Numbered from the whole stretch's first letter, positions 35,257-49,371 are shown. The stretch: 63,923 bases of DNA, filler included, from Basidiobolus ranarum (GCA_040143965.1; 4 parts of 4 records of this genome joined end to end with filler, not necessarily neighbours in it); one strand, 5' to 3'. The notes: a model not told the origin generated them from the sequence alone. Numbers and translations: made by a program.

Positions 35257-38052
35257 TAGATTGGTTGGATAAATGGCGATATTTTCCCATCATGCACTTA
35301 AATCACCTCCCCGTCAGACAGGAGTTATAAGCTATATGGATCACAGTTGCAAACCGAATCAACAGATTTATCCGTATGTATCTCATTGCATATGAGGCTT
35401 CGGATCCATCCACGTTCTTGTTAAATATTTGTACAGTACATCAAGTTTAATATATTCAAGAAATATATCCATCACTGAACCGCACCTGTGAATAGTCTCA
35501 TGGCATAACAATCAAAAGAGCCGAATCTTTTGGATGGATACTTCTGAAGAACTATGCATCTTCATTGACTTAATCATATTTTGTATGATTATATACACTT
35601 ATCAATAAACTAATATCACTAATGTTGCAATCTAAAATCCATTCTTCATGCCACTCGTCGTTTATTTGCCACTTGAAACCACCAGGGAAATTCTCTAGGG
35701 TTTAGGGGATCTGGTATGACCAAGCTTTAGCCCTGGTATTATAGGGGCACAAGCATGACTTTTGTATCCGCATTTAGGTTAAGGATGGAACATATCACAC
35801 ATCATCGAAATCATCAGATATGTAGTAGGTGACGGAGTGGACATGGATATGTAGTGTGTGGAATTAGCCCTGAGCGAAGAAAATCACCAGATGACGAGAA
35901 AAGAAGGAAAAGGATTCTCGGAAACAATGATGACGGTACTTGAAGCACTTTTTGTTGATATAGACAAGACAGCCTATGGTCTGGTGAGTTACTGTTCCTT
36001 TAAGTAAGAACCCGGTCAAGGGTATCCATCATATGTGAACACAAGGAGGAGGGAATGAAACCGTGACTATGATTCATAAATGTCTTCATCTTGGTATGCG
36101 ATGACATAGCATATTTACCATGGTAAACCATTTGCGGCTTTTGAACAATTCTTTTATTTCAGTAGAAATAATTACTTCATCTTAACACTGGGGATAAAAT
36201 AGCATGTAGTACCGGAGAGCTCACATCATATGTAGCTGTATAGACAAGGTTGGAAGCATCTACCGCTTACCGGAAGAGCCATTGGCACTCGAATAGTATT
36301 TGAGGAACACTTGGCTATATGGAGAATATCATTACTATTCAATGACATCGAGTATAGAGTAACTTTACCGAATAATGTTGGATTGGAATGTCCTGAATAG
36401 TATATGGACATAAATACACAATCAGATGATCTGGTGGAATGTGATCTCTTCTCAGATGTGTGCTCTACTCCTTACGACGAACAAATACGTGTATTCCGGC
36501 TTCAAATAACACCATCAATATACGGAGAGAGGCTGGATGGATATTTCAGGCAGATGTCAATTAAAACGCCCTGACAGCGCATACTCTGACTATAGATAGA
36601 TAATATAGAGTGGGATGCAAAGATCTACGTAGAATGAAATAACAGCACCACTCACGGGAAAGCAATTACGGTAGAGCTCATTGGCTGTTCTGGTCGATGC
36701 TTGGGCTGATCTATGGCAATATAAAACAGGTAATGAGTAGCTTACATTAATCGCGAGGTAGCCGGATATGGTTGCGAACCACGGTAAAATTGGAGGGGGT
36801 GATTATTAATTTAGCTTTCTAGGCTAAAGCCAAGATTGATCCTTTTGTCTAAAGGGTAAACCTAGCGGGTTGAGTTTGTTCCGTGCGGTTAAGCAATTCC
36901 TACGGGACGCAATCAAGGTATGTATCACATTGTAATTCATGGGACGGACCTTATTTCGTGCGCCAGATTTTGGATACTCACAACTCTCTTACCTGCTGTT
37001 GCATCAGTTCGAACTAAGTATGTATTTTCGCCACTGACTATGGAAATCTAGGTGACTCAAACTATCATTAAATTTAATTGTCTCCACTAATTATGGTGAA
37101 TATTGATGAAAACGGACTTTTTGACTGGATAAATTATCCACATCGACCGCTCGAATGCTTAGTATGAATTGGGAAACTCGCATCCAACGGAGATTCTGGG
37201 AAAGTTATATCCTAACTGAGGAAATAATGCACTATTCTAGAATTGCTTCTTGCCAAATTCTTGATCAGCCCATATCCAATGGGATTATAGTTGCTGCATA
37301 TTTTTGCCAATATTTAAATTCGGATTCTCAAATTGGGTAATTTATTAAGCAGTTATACAAATATGTACGATACAATATAACGATATATGTGCACCTCGGG
37401 ATTTGAAACTGCGTGATATTTGACCTATAGCCAGAGGCGTTCCGAACTAATCCTAAAGGAATAGAGGAGCTTACATGTATCTATTTTAAAGTACCTAATG
37501 CATGGATATCTCGTTTCAGATGGAACGCCCCTAGTGCATTAGCATATCTCTATTGGTTAAAGTACAATTAAATACTCGTAACGTATTTAACTTTTAAGTT
37601 AAGTTGCACTAAATATTTTAGAGTTACCAACATATCAACACCAAAGGGTGAGGTGTCTTAGTTTACATCTTGCATTAACATCACAGTATTTGTGAGAGAT
37701 GGAAATCCAAGAAATTCACTATTTATAGATTACAACTTTTTACAAATCAAATTATGTCTGCAATGTAACCTCGCCCCACAATTGTTATGTTAGGGATACC
37801 ATGTTGCCAAATGATCCGTTGTCATTTTCGAGTTTCATTTAATCTTGGTCAAGTGAATGAGATTAGCATGGAGTATGCTCATTGTAGCGTTACTTAAATT
37901 CATGAATCGAGCTTACAATAAATATCTGTTGGTCATGTATATGAAATGTCTATTTAGCAAGTGGGAGGCGAACCAGGTGTTAAAAAGGCTTTAAAGCAGT
38001 ACCAAAGGGAGTGAAGACAAAATCAATAGAAATCCAATGCATGTTGAATTTC

Positions 38053-38381
38053 TGTTAAAGTATTTGGGAGCCTGTTGGAAGTGGTTTGGAGAAATAGAGA
38101 AGTTGGTGGTTTTCACTTATTGCTTTATTGAGTTAAAAGTTGACATTTATAGTTTTGTCAAGATGTAAGCAAACTAACGTGTAGAATGTGTTAAGGGAGG
38201 TCCAAGAAACATGTGTGCAAAGTTTGAGGCTTCTAGCACAAGTTTGAAAAATCTATATATCTTCAAACTTCTAAGTAAATTCCTTATGAGAATAATGGGT
38301 AATATCTTAGTTCAATATAAGATAACTAAATACTAAGCTATATATGACTATATAGGTGTTTAGGCAATGCTAATTTCAACA
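38053..38381 (-). mobile_element. Solo copia LTR with a perfect 5-bp target-site duplication (ATTTC)
   Basis: Reverse-complement LTR, TG...CA, with ATTTC at 38048-38052 and 38382-38386. Confidence 0.95.
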
Positions 38382-39963
38382 ATTTCTACATTGGATATAT
38401 AGAGTCTTACTATTTGTCATCGAAAAGATAAACAGGACTGTCACCAAGAAAAGAACTATAGAATGTAAATTTCTGCTTCCACATCAATATGGCAATAGCA
38501 CTAACAGGTCTAAGAAGCTGCAAAATCAAAATTTTAGAATTTCTCTGAGTGATGCTAATAAGCAAATCTAATGTCACCTCCTTTGTAATGTGATCACATT
38601 TGTTTATCTACAATATAAAAAGGAAAGTTAGTATAAGATGGTTTTGATTGATTCTTGCTAGGACATCCAGAGAAATAGTTCAGGCCAACTCTTGGTGATA
38701 CAAGTTCTTCATGGCAAGCCTACAGTTTTTTGCGAAGCCAATAACATTCAAAAGTGGAGTCATCAAACAAAGCCTAGTTCTTGCGTTTCCATAGTGTATC
38801 CAATATATTAGCGAATACTGATGATGTAGTAAGAAACTAGCTAATTAATACTTGGCTGGATACCAAGTGTACGTGCCGTTGAAGAAAGTAAAAGCAAAAA
38901 AGTAGCCATAAGAATATATTACTGTATGACTTGGATGCACTTAAAACATTAAGGTGTGTACAATAAAATAGAAGCTGAAGTTGGGGTATCTAGTGTTCTA
39001 TGTATTCTGGAGATGTCCCAAAAAATAGGTTCAATGCTGCAGAACTTTCAAGATGCAAATTCGATAGAAAGAATTTATAAATAAACCATAATTAAGATAT
39101 GAGTTATGTATATAAGTGTTTCTTCCTAATATTGAGTGTCTATCCCAGAATAAGAGCTCATTAGGTGGCTAAATAAGCAGATTGCTAAAAAGGATTAGGG
39201 AAGAGCGAGCGTAACTCAACACTTAAAACCTTGGGTTATAATATTCAATAACTATGGTGCATTATGCCATAAAACTCGAATCTTCATCCTTTCCTGACAG
39301 CCCAACTTAGTAATATTGGAATTGTGGGCGGGCGAGATAATATGAGAAGAGATTGTAGGTGATTCTGGAATTTTCGATCCCAGAGATGAATGGATACTTG
39401 CGGCCAAATCGGCAGTCACAGAGTGACGGTATTTTTCGGATGTGTCATATTGACTTGATATCGAATGCTAACATGCGTGGTTTCGATCCTCACTAGCAAG
39501 GATGCTTGGGGACCAAAGCTGGAGAGCAATGGCTGGGTGGCGAGGATTCGATGGGACTTTCAGATCCAGATAGTAGATGCTGATGGAACCAAGTAAGATA
39601 AGGCTAGTGTTGTGCGCAGAGCTTGTTCGTTCACGTTGCTCATAATAGAACAGTGGTATGAGATCATGGTGATGGGATGCATCCTTTTAAACTCAGTGGT
39701 CAATTTGCAACTGGAATTGAATCAAAAGCTTACTTTTTATGTCATCATTATGAACCAAATGGAACTAGATATAAAATTCTCATTGATTGGTCGTAGTACG
39801 CTTATCTGATAGTGGTTTGCAATTGAATCATGACAGTTTCCAAATCAATATTTAAGCCAGCTCGTTCCGTGTGTGAGTCTGAAATAGGATTTTTCACCAG
39901 AGCTGTTTGTTTCACTCTTCCCAGCTCGTTGTGAATGCGCTTATTTTGTAACCAATCGTAGTC

Positions 39964-40719
39964 ATGTCATCTATTATTCAACGCATCAGCTCGAGATACT
40001 CTCAACGCCTACATACACACCCTTTATCCACCTTGGCGTTAACTAACGGCGCACTTGCAGTTATTTCGGATATTCTAGCTCAGAGTATCTCTACGCCACC
40101 AAACCCCGCCCCACCCGAAGGTGACAATTTCATTAATACTGAGGCAGCCATCGCCGAGAAAAATTATAACTTTGCCCGTACTGCTCGCTTGTCTTTTTAT
40201 GGCTTTGCTACCGCTCCCTTGATCAACAAATGGTATACTGTCCTTGACAAAGGGTTCCCTTTACCTAAAATACAGGGCTCTAAGAATGTGCTGCAGAGCA
40301 GTGTTGTGAAGGCTGTCATCAAGCGCGTAGCTGCTGACCAAATCCTTTTTGCACCATTCGGTCTTGTTTTGTTTTTTACCTCGATCAGTATCATGGAGGG
40401 TGCTTCATGGGAAGGTATTAAGCACAAATTTGAGAAGGTAATGCAATGTGATATCATCTTCTAATATTCCCCTCTTACTAACGCATACTTGAACTAGGCC
40501 TACTTTCCAGGAATCACGGCCAACTATCAATTATGGCCACTAGCACAGATGATCAACTTCTTTTACGTCCCGTTGAAGTTTCGTGTTCCTTTTGCTTCAA
40601 CTGTGGGGGTTTTCTGGACTGCATACCTTAGCTGGTTAAACAGCAAGAACCCAGTTTCCTCAGATAGAACGACGCAACACCAATTAGAAGTCAGCGATCC
40701 TCTTCTTACAAAGATTTAA
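39964..40719 (+). CDS. SYM1: MPV17/SYM1-family membrane protein, copy 1, 2 exons
   Basis: HPLSTLALTNGALAVISDILAQ, RTARLSFYG, KRVAADQILFAP, ANYQLWPLAQMINFFYVP, FWTAYLSWLNS. Confidence 0.92.
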
Positions 40720-41191
40720 TACTACATCCGAATACCACTCTTTACCGTCTTCTCATAGTACATATTTACCTCAGTTCTCCATGGTCATTATTACAATCCT
40801 AGCCGCTTTAGTGCTGTGCTTTCACTATGCAGTACCTCATCCAGCCTCACACATGTCTATTTTTATCAGGTTACTGCACCTGTCAATAAAAACGATTCAC
40901 TTCAAATAAACTTATCTCTCCATAATGCTTTCAAAGTAGTCACAGGAAAGATATTTGCTTAAGTTGAGAAGCAGCACAATGATACAAAATTTAGTGGACA
41001 TTCTCATGAAATTTGATACGCCACATAAATCGTAAACTGTTGGATGATTGGACAGCGGGTCCAGCTGAAATTTTGATATTCCCAGACTTCGTGCTCTTGA
41101 TTATTACTCCTGTACCTTGGCCCGTTGCTGTTTAGATATATAGCGGAAGCTTAGTTAAAGCTTTGTTATTTGTCAAAGGCCAAATTCAATT

Positions 41192-41957
41192 ATGTCGTTA
41201 TTTAGACGTATAACGTCTACGTACACACACCGCCTTCAAACCCATCCGCTTTCAACATTGATGGTTACTAATGGCGCCTTGGCAATTATATCTGATGCAC
41301 TTGCACAGCAAATCTCGAAGACACCAAATCCAGCTCCTTCCGAAGGGGATGCGTTCATCAATACGGAGGCAGTAGTTGGTCAAGATGAATATAATTACGT
41401 GCGCACTGCCCGTTTATCTTTCTACGGATTTGCAACCGCACCACTGTTCAATAAATGGTATACCTTTTTAGACAAAAGATTTCCAATGCCGCTGAATCAA
41501 GCGAAAGAAGCGACAAAATCCGGTTTGAAAAATCCTGCGGTTAAGGCTTTGCTCAAGCGAGTGGCTACGGATCAGATTCTCTTTGCTCCTTTTGCGATTG
41601 GTCTTTTTTTCGTCTCCATCAGTGTCTTGGAAGGAGCTTCTTGGGAAGGTATTAAGGAGAAATTTGAAAAGGTATTTCTTTTAGTCAGTCTCTCTTTTGG
41701 CGACCCATAAATTCTCCAGTTTGTTAAAAAAATCGGTTTTATTATTTCACAAGGCCTATGTTCCAGGTTTATTAGGCAATTATCAATTATGGCCGCTAGC
41801 TCAGCTTGTGAATTTCTTCTACGTACCGCTCAGCCTTCGTGTGCCATTCTCCTCTACTGTGGGTATCTTCTGGAATGCTTACTTGAGTTGGTTAAATAGT
41901 AAGAATCCGCCATCAAGCAACCACCTGATACAGAATGAGCCTCAGAGCGAAAAATGA
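41192..41957 (+). CDS. SYM1: MPV17/SYM1-family membrane protein, copy 2, 2 exons
   Basis: Same motifs and same intron position as copy 1; ends FWNAYLSWLNS. Confidence 0.92.
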
Positions 41958-42279
41958 ATATAACTCCCTTTGAAATACCTATTGATCCATGTGACCAAAA
42001 ACAATAATCCCAGTTATACCATTGCTTTACATTCGTGATACCTTGTCATATTAAACCAATTACAATCATACATTCAACATAATAGATGATTGACAATTAT
42101 AAAAGATCTTGGTTTGAAAGTAGTTATAAACATTTCACCATTCTCAATCGCCGATATTGTTTCAATCAACAGTCTTTGAATTGTTCTCACTATACTCGGG
42201 TTAGGGTATATAACACCTATAGAACCTGGATTATGAGTAAAAAAAACTTCAGCTCTAGTTGGATTTTATCATGATCAGA

Positions 42280-43560
42280 TTAGTTTGTTCGAACATCTCT
42301 GCGTTTCGAGTGGAAACAATTAATAGGGACTAGTTTAGGCAATGAATACTCATAGAAAGGGTCATATGTGGGCTGCTTAACTATTGCTCTAAGTGGATGC
42401 TGAGAAGAAGTAGTTGGGGAATATTCAGAAGAAAGCTGACTGGCCAACTCGACATAGTTAATTTTGGCCATGTTAACATTCCCACTTTCAATGAGGCTAT
42501 TAATGCGTTTATCCAAACCCAGCAGGGACAGGCTCAAATGTTTGTGACTTCAACAAACTACTATAGTGGTTTGATAATGCCAAGGAGAAGAGAGGCTCCA
42601 ATGAACTCTACCTTCCGTGAAGTACAGCCCTATCATGAATTCTCATCAACAACTATCACACTGTTACAGATGTGAGCTGATATGCAGATTCATGTACTTC
42701 AATTACCATTGGGTATTAGCTTTCAACTCACGCACTGGATTCACTCAGCCTGTCAGAAAAGCACCCACCTTATATTGCGCTCGGAAAGCAAGATTGAGCT
42801 TGCTTAGCCGGAGGATCCAGTCTATATGTTCTCCCCTGGCTTTGGTCATCTTGTTTCTCCACGGTCTTACACCCATTGTGTTTGTGACATTGTCCTCCAA
42901 CAAATCAGATGATCCACAAGCCCCAGGCAAGCGATTTTTCTAACATATGTAAGTTGGTTCTATCTCCTCATAACACTTTGCCCTTGTTTCCGATGCAGGA
43001 GTATTTTGGGCTTCTGGTGGCTCAACTCAACCAACCAAAGCCATGGCGAGATATGGCCTGCTCTGATTCACATCAGTATCACTGTATAGATCAGTATCAC
43101 TATATACATTCTTGTATATATTGGCCCTTCTACCAATAACACCTGAACAAATTCGCTACAGCCAGATCACCCCAGCTTGATACGTTGGATTGACTGGAAA
43201 ACGGAATCTGCTGGCCTATGTTCCCTCAGTTGATAGGATATTTATGAACTGGAACTTCAGCAGTAGACTAGAGTCTATCTGAATAGTATGTTTAGCTTTG
43301 CTGATTCTAGATTTAGCCAAATTGTTTTTGCCCCAAGTGCATGCTTGAAGCTACTCGGATTAATCCATTTTTTCCCTACATGCTCAACTAATCTTGTCAT
43401 CTGACTCTACATATGACCAGAGTTCTTTTATCTGTGATCCCACTCGGCACCGGTTGGGCATCCTAGAGATGTCAACATGTTCAGCACCCACTTCATCGTC
43501 ACCCAAATGGGTCATATGACGCAGATCAGAGTTGTTGTCGAGCGCCTTACTCTTGCACTA
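42280..43560 (-). mobile_element. Heavily decayed, internally deleted Ty3/gypsy pol relic
   Basis: Stop-riddled minus-strand frames with DWILRLSKLNLAFRAQYKVG (gypsy RNase H end-like), GLDKRINSLIESGNVNMAK (integrase Zn-region-like) and HPLRAIVKQPTYDPF, in gypsy order (RH before IN). Confidence 0.45.
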
Positions 43561-44181
43561 ACCAAAGTTCCGAGAGGAAACGAGGTGTTATGTGTGCGCA
43601 GAAGGCGAAACAGGAGTAGGAAAGACACACGTTGACGTGTAAACATCAACAACGCCATTCCCATCCCCATCTAGCCATCGGAATAGTGAATCCCATCTAA
43701 CATAACAGACGCTGAATTAACCGGAATATTGGCCACAGCATTGTACTAATTAGCGGGTGAGTGGCTGTATGAAATTCTCCAAAATGACTATTTTTGCAAC
43801 TGGTCCATTTTCTTCCTTAATATATTAGTTAAGCACAATGACTTGATGGATCAATATTTGGATCCTGCTCTGATTTATCCTATTTTCGATTATTTTTGGA
43901 TGCTTGACCTTATGCAGAGTCAAGGATCATGTGATCAAGAATTCCCCTCAGCTGAAAGATACTAAGTCAACAGTTGGACGAATGTTACAAAAGAATGAAA
44001 AACTTGAATTCATTCCTTTCCCAGAGAAAAAGTATTCCAGTTTTCGACCGCTTGCCTAAATAGCATCTCTTCTCTTCACCTATTGTTCCAGACAGAGTAA
44101 GAGCATTTGAAGTGCCCTCTAGTTTGATACAGTTTGCTTGCTCCACATTTTAGCGTAAACAATCCAAACTTGTCCTCCAAA

Positions 44182-46298
44182 ATGACCACCTCCACTGGTC
44201 AGAGTCGCAAAAGAGCAGTAGACTGGAACGATTTCTACAGAAACGGGTTTCCTCAAGAAGTTATAGTAATAGATGATTCTCCACCACCACCACCTCTATC
44301 AATCCAAAGTTTATGCCCTCAAGATACGAATACTACTTTTTCCACCACAATCCAAAGAACCCACTCCTCACTGCTAGTTCCATCCGTGGCTCAGGCCACT
44401 ACTACTAAACGTCGAAAAAAGGAGGTTCCACAAAGCCAGTTAAACAAGACTGCTTACAACTTCACAAGTAACTCATTGAATCAAGACAAGGTAGGTTGCT
44501 TGAATTGTTTATCAATTAGCCTCTCAGCAATGAAATGGCTGGTTTTCTGTTGTAAAGCCAATCATCTCGAACAAATACTGCTAGCCTTGTTTTAACTCTA
44601 CTGTACTCATTTCTTTTATTTTTAGGTACATGCTTCTTCGTCTTCCAGCAAGCAAAATGGGCAACATCCTCCCCATGATGATAAAGAGGGGCATTATATC
44701 GTAGTTGAGAACGAGGACTTGACTCCAAGATGTATAACAAATTTTCGTTCTTGAATTTCAACAAATAATAACCAGTTTATGATATTTAGATAAGATCATG
44801 CAGCTCCTAGGTCAAGGAACGTTCGGAAAAGTCGTAGAGTGTTGGGATCGCATCAACCGCTCATACTGTGCCATCAAGATTATTCGTGCTGTTCAGAAGT
44901 ACAGAGACGCTTCCAAAATTGAAATCCGTGTCCTAAAGACCCTTAAAGAGCGGGATCCTTTTAACTTGAAGTATGCTCTGTTATTATTATTATTCTTACC
45001 AAGTCTAAAGCTAACTTGTAATTCTTGTTCGTAAAGCAAATGCATTCATTTGAATGACTGTTTTGACTTTCGTAATCATATATGCATGGTATTTGATCTA
45101 TTAAGTCAGAGTTTATTCGATTTTCTGAAGGACAACGTATTCGCTGCTTTTCCACCTCATCATATCCAACATTTTTCGAAGCAATTATTGACCAGTGTGG
45201 CCTGTAAGTGTTTCCTTTTTTTACAAATGAACATGTGCTTTGTTTTTAATAAATCTTTTTCTTTAGTTTTACACGACCTACGCCTGACTCATACTGATTT
45301 GAAGCCCGAGAACATATTGCTTGTCAACAATGATAGTAGAGTAGTTCCATCGACAGTAAGCGACATTGTATCTTCTTTTCTTATTGTATTCAACAAGCTC
45401 ATTATCTCTTTCGCCAGCGGTATAGCAATAAAACTATGAAAGTTTTATTGGATACAGAGATTCGTCTTATCGATTTTGGAAGTGCCACTTTTGAGGAGGA
45501 GTATCATAGTTCTGTCGTTTCAACAAGACATTATCGAGCTCCTGAAATCATTTTAGGTATGGCTTGCGACACTTTCCTTGCTTCAATAACTTCGAGTGTT
45601 CACTCCATCGCCCCTTTGTATTAGGAACTGGTTGGTCTTATCCTTGTGATATGTGGTCTATTGGATGCATTCTGGTTGAGCTATTTACTGGCGATGCTCT
45701 GTTCCAAACCCATGATAATCTTGAACACTTGGCAATGATGGAGATTGTTATTGGGAAGATACCTGAGCACATTATTAGAGGCCTCGGGTAAGCAGCTAAT
45801 TACTCCTACGAAATCTTTTTTATCATCTGGGCTTATTTACATTTCAATATATTGCTTCTCCTTTGGTCCTCGCAGACGCAATACGCAGAAATACTTCAAA
45901 AACGGCCGTTTAAATTATCCTAATCAAGACACAAACCGTACAAACCAGAAGTTTGTCAAAAATATGAAACCTATAGAGGTGAGTACTCGCGTTCACCCAG
46001 TCTTTCCTTGAGATTCTTACTCATACATTGTGAAAACTAGTCTATCATTCCTCCTACAACCAATTGCAACGCTTATCTTTTGGACCTTGTCAAGAAGATG
46101 CTTACATATGATACATCACAGCGTATTACCGCTCGAGAGGCCTTAAGACATCCTTACTTCACCATTCAATTCGACGACGGGGGAGACGAAGTTATACCTA
46201 CACCAACACCAACACATTATCCTACGGTGGATTATCCATCCCGGGCAACTGGCCTTTCGAATGCTTGGCCAACAAACTCTGGCTATGATATTCGGTAA
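44182..46298 (+). CDS. LAMMER/CLK-family dual-specificity kinase (Lkh1/Kns1-like), about 9 exons
   Basis: [56 protein letters not shown]. Fungal N-terminal motif [18 protein letters not shown]. Confidence 0.95.
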
Positions 46299-47422
46299 TA
46301 CATTAAAATCACATCTCATTCTTCATTCATTGTTCTACTTTGACTGCTGAATCTCGCAAGTTTGAGCCTAACACATTCATTTCTATTTTCATTAAAAGAT
46401 GTGCCGGTCAGCCAAATTGGGCCTATCAGTATTAGACTTATTGCAGCCATATATTCCACTCATGCATACTGCTCTCGATGCCACCCATCGACAAAGATTT
46501 ACTCCAATTTTTCTAGGACTTTTTGCCCTTCGTGCCCATTCAAGTAAAGCAACTCTAGACGTACCTTCCTCACCGAACCTACATTTCCGGGATCACCTTA
46601 CCCATCTCTTTACTCCCACCGCCTTTCGCTCTCCCATCACCATTTATGCTTTCAGCTTAGGAGCACAATTTGTCCTCTTTCTTTGATGCATTTGGATATG
46701 AAAAGCATATACGGGTATGAATCCTTTGATATCTATTCTTTCCTTTCCTCTTTTTTTCTCAAAGTGAGCTACTAGTGTCTCACTTTCGGATTGTACAGCC
46801 CTCATCTCTGACCCTCACCTCAGTCATGCAACCTTCTCCATTCCATTCGAATAATAATAACAAAAATATCGACTCGCCTACATCTTCGCATTTTCGTCAC
46901 GATTCATACGTACCATTTTTTGGCCCTTCTCCTTTTATTTCCACTTCAATATTGTATGTGCTATCGTGGTATCTCACATATATACTCATTTACCAAATAA
47001 AAGCTCTGATATTCCACCTGGTAAGATGATCGATTCCAATAGACTCGTCTTAATATCAAATCCAATAAATATCTGCGACTGAGTAAACCTCGATATACGA
47101 ACCAACAATCTCAGGTGATTTAATGCCAACCACTTAACATTATCGCAATGTTTTTGACTGTCATGCCAAATATTCAGGATTTCTCAATTCTCCGACCAAA
47201 TAAACTCTAGGATTAGCTAATCATATAGATCATCGTACTTGAAGGAAAATATGTGACAAAATCGGAATTTTCCACGACCATTTATTTGACACCGTTTAAT
47301 TTAAACAGTTTATCTGGTTTAAAAACGATGATTGAGTAAGATAATTTTTCATTCAACAGAATCAAATATAAAACTGGTATACACAGTAATACTGTGGGTT
47401 TCTGGATAACCAAACAACAAAT

Positions 47423-48197
47423 ATGGCTGTCTGTAAATTCTTCCTTCAAGGGAGATGTGCCTTTGGAGCTTCTTGTAGAAATGAACATCGTAGACCAAAC
47501 GAGAGTGCTCCTGCCGCCACGACAAGTAACTCTTGATCAAACCATGAACATGTCATTTCTCCGACTGATCCTTTTTATCTCTACTTTCTCTAGCTGGCTT
47601 TGGTGCTAAAACCGGTTGGAAAAGTAATACTAACGATGGGTTCTTGAATAAGGCCAAATCCACTGCACTTACAGAGAATATCACGTAAGTTTCGCTTGGC
47701 TTACAATTTATCACTCTTTAATTTCCTTTCTGACTAAGATTTCCCTTTAGTCCACAAAGTGTACTTGAAGATCTTACAGATGCACAAAAACCTATGTGGC
47801 CCTTCTCCGTTTATTCACCTTTAAAAACGGGACCAAACTTAATCTCAGGAACCGATCTATCTTTTGAAGAAGCTCGCTTACAATATTATACAGAAATGAA
47901 AAGTTTGGGAAACGCCAATCAATATGTAACCATTTTTTTTTATTCATTCCTCAAAAAGTTCTAGAATAATTTATTCAATTTTACCTCCCACTTTTTTTAA
48001 AGATCGCTCAACTGAACAATATGCAACAAAGTGTTAACTCGCAAATCAATAATATCAAAGGAAATCCTCGCGCCGCTATCGATAGTGTTAAAAATGATAA
48101 TAAGGGATCGACTTTTGGTAGTGGTGGAGCATTTGGAGGCGGCGCATTCGGCAGTGGAAATACCGGTGGTGCATTTGGCGGTGGAAATACTGGAGGT
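47423..48197 (+). CDS. Nucleoporin NUP42/AMO1/NUPL2-like (CCCH finger plus FG repeats), truncated by the contig end
   Basis: MAVCKFFLQGRCAFGASCRNEH, PMWPFSVYSP...DLSFEEARL, then GGAFG repeats running into the spacer. Confidence 0.85.
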
Positions 48198-48297
48198 NNN
48201 NNNNNNNNNNNNNNNNNNNNNNNNNNNNNNNNNNNNNNNNNTTAATTAATTAANNNNNNNNNNNNNNNNNNNNNNNNNNNNNNNNNNNNNNNNNNNN
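48198..48297. other. Artificial 100-nt spacer
   Basis: N-run, TTAATTAATTAA, N-run. Confidence 0.97.
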
Positions 48298-49371
48298 GTA
48301 ATAAGGATAGATCGAACTTCAACCATTCCTCCTTTGTCTTCCAACCTAACCAATTTTTAGTAGGAACTTTCCTTCTTGAAGAGTAAAATTCATTTGCTGA
48401 CATATTACTGAGATAAAAAGTCAACGATATGGAGGAAATATATTTACTTTGAAAGAAAAAAGATTTGATTGATCATACGTCAACTAGGAATATCTTAGAA
48501 AGTACATATTAACCTCCACTAACCAAAATAATTCAAAGTGTAAGTTTCGAGTTTCGAAATTCTTGCGCATGAAAGCTTATATCATTTAATCAATTTGGTT
48601 CTATAGATAAATTTATTTCCATCATCATCCCACCAATTTGGAATGCATCAATATTGCATTCAATATGGTCGAAGTTACATATAAACGGAATTCGGAGAAT
48701 CTTGGTCCGATAAAATGGACTTTGCCAAGCTCAAGCTAGAATGTCGAATTTGAATACAAGCAACTAATTTCGGATTTAATCAATATTATGACGCGACACG
48801 ACGCGATTTACACTAGAATTCATATCATATTCGACTCCTGGCAACAGATATTCACCAACATATTGTGGAAATATCTCATTGGTTTTATAAATTTTCACTT
48901 GGTATTTTCTGAATTGAATATTGTCATATTTGACTTCTGTCTGAGTTACATATCGTTTCTAATAATGTCAATAAAAATTGAAAACATAGCCGTTAACCTG
49001 GTACATTCAAAATTACCGCTCAATCATCGTTAAATATTGGTCTTTAAGCACCAACTAGTCAAATGTAGATGATATATCTCGTACATAATCCATAAAGAAT
49101 TAAGCCAAGACATGTCCAGTTAGCATTATTATTAGTGTGTACAATTCAGACACGTTCTGAATAATCAACATTCAACTCAAGAAGTTATTGGCTTATATTT
49201 ATGTATACATTTCAACTCCCACGATAGCATAAAACGCGGTATTAATAAAGAATATCCAAATTTGGAATATATATAAACAAATCGTTGATCACGAACATTT
49301 CGGTTGGATATAAAAACCACGTTCAGGATGGAGACTACGCGAATAGAATTGGCACTACTTCACTCTTTTTC

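Noticed and set aside
35694-35708. CTAGGGTTTAGGGG telomere-like motif
   Set aside because: Only about two units, which is expected by chance.
35830-37350. Coding-looking fragments and a small hairpin (about 36870-36916)
   Set aside because: Frames are interrupted and no RNA-family motif was recognised.
37434-37531. Possible MITE with 10-bp imperfect inverted ends (GAGGCGTTCC / GGAACGCCCC)
   Set aside because: No target-site duplication and no second copy in the window.
38818-38850. CTGATGA...GAAA hammerhead-like core
   Set aside because: Stems II and III and the cleavage triplet do not form.
39440-39550. GGTTTCGATCC T-loop-like motif and a weak stem
   Set aside because: No cloverleaf, acceptor stem or A-box, so not a tRNA.
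46299-47030. ORFs downstream of the LAMMER kinase
   Set aside because: Pyrimidine-rich and low-complexity. Best explained as a long 3' UTR.
48298-48386. Possible continuation of NUP42 after the spacer
   Set aside because: No FG repeats or typical C-terminal motif, and it lies on a different contig.
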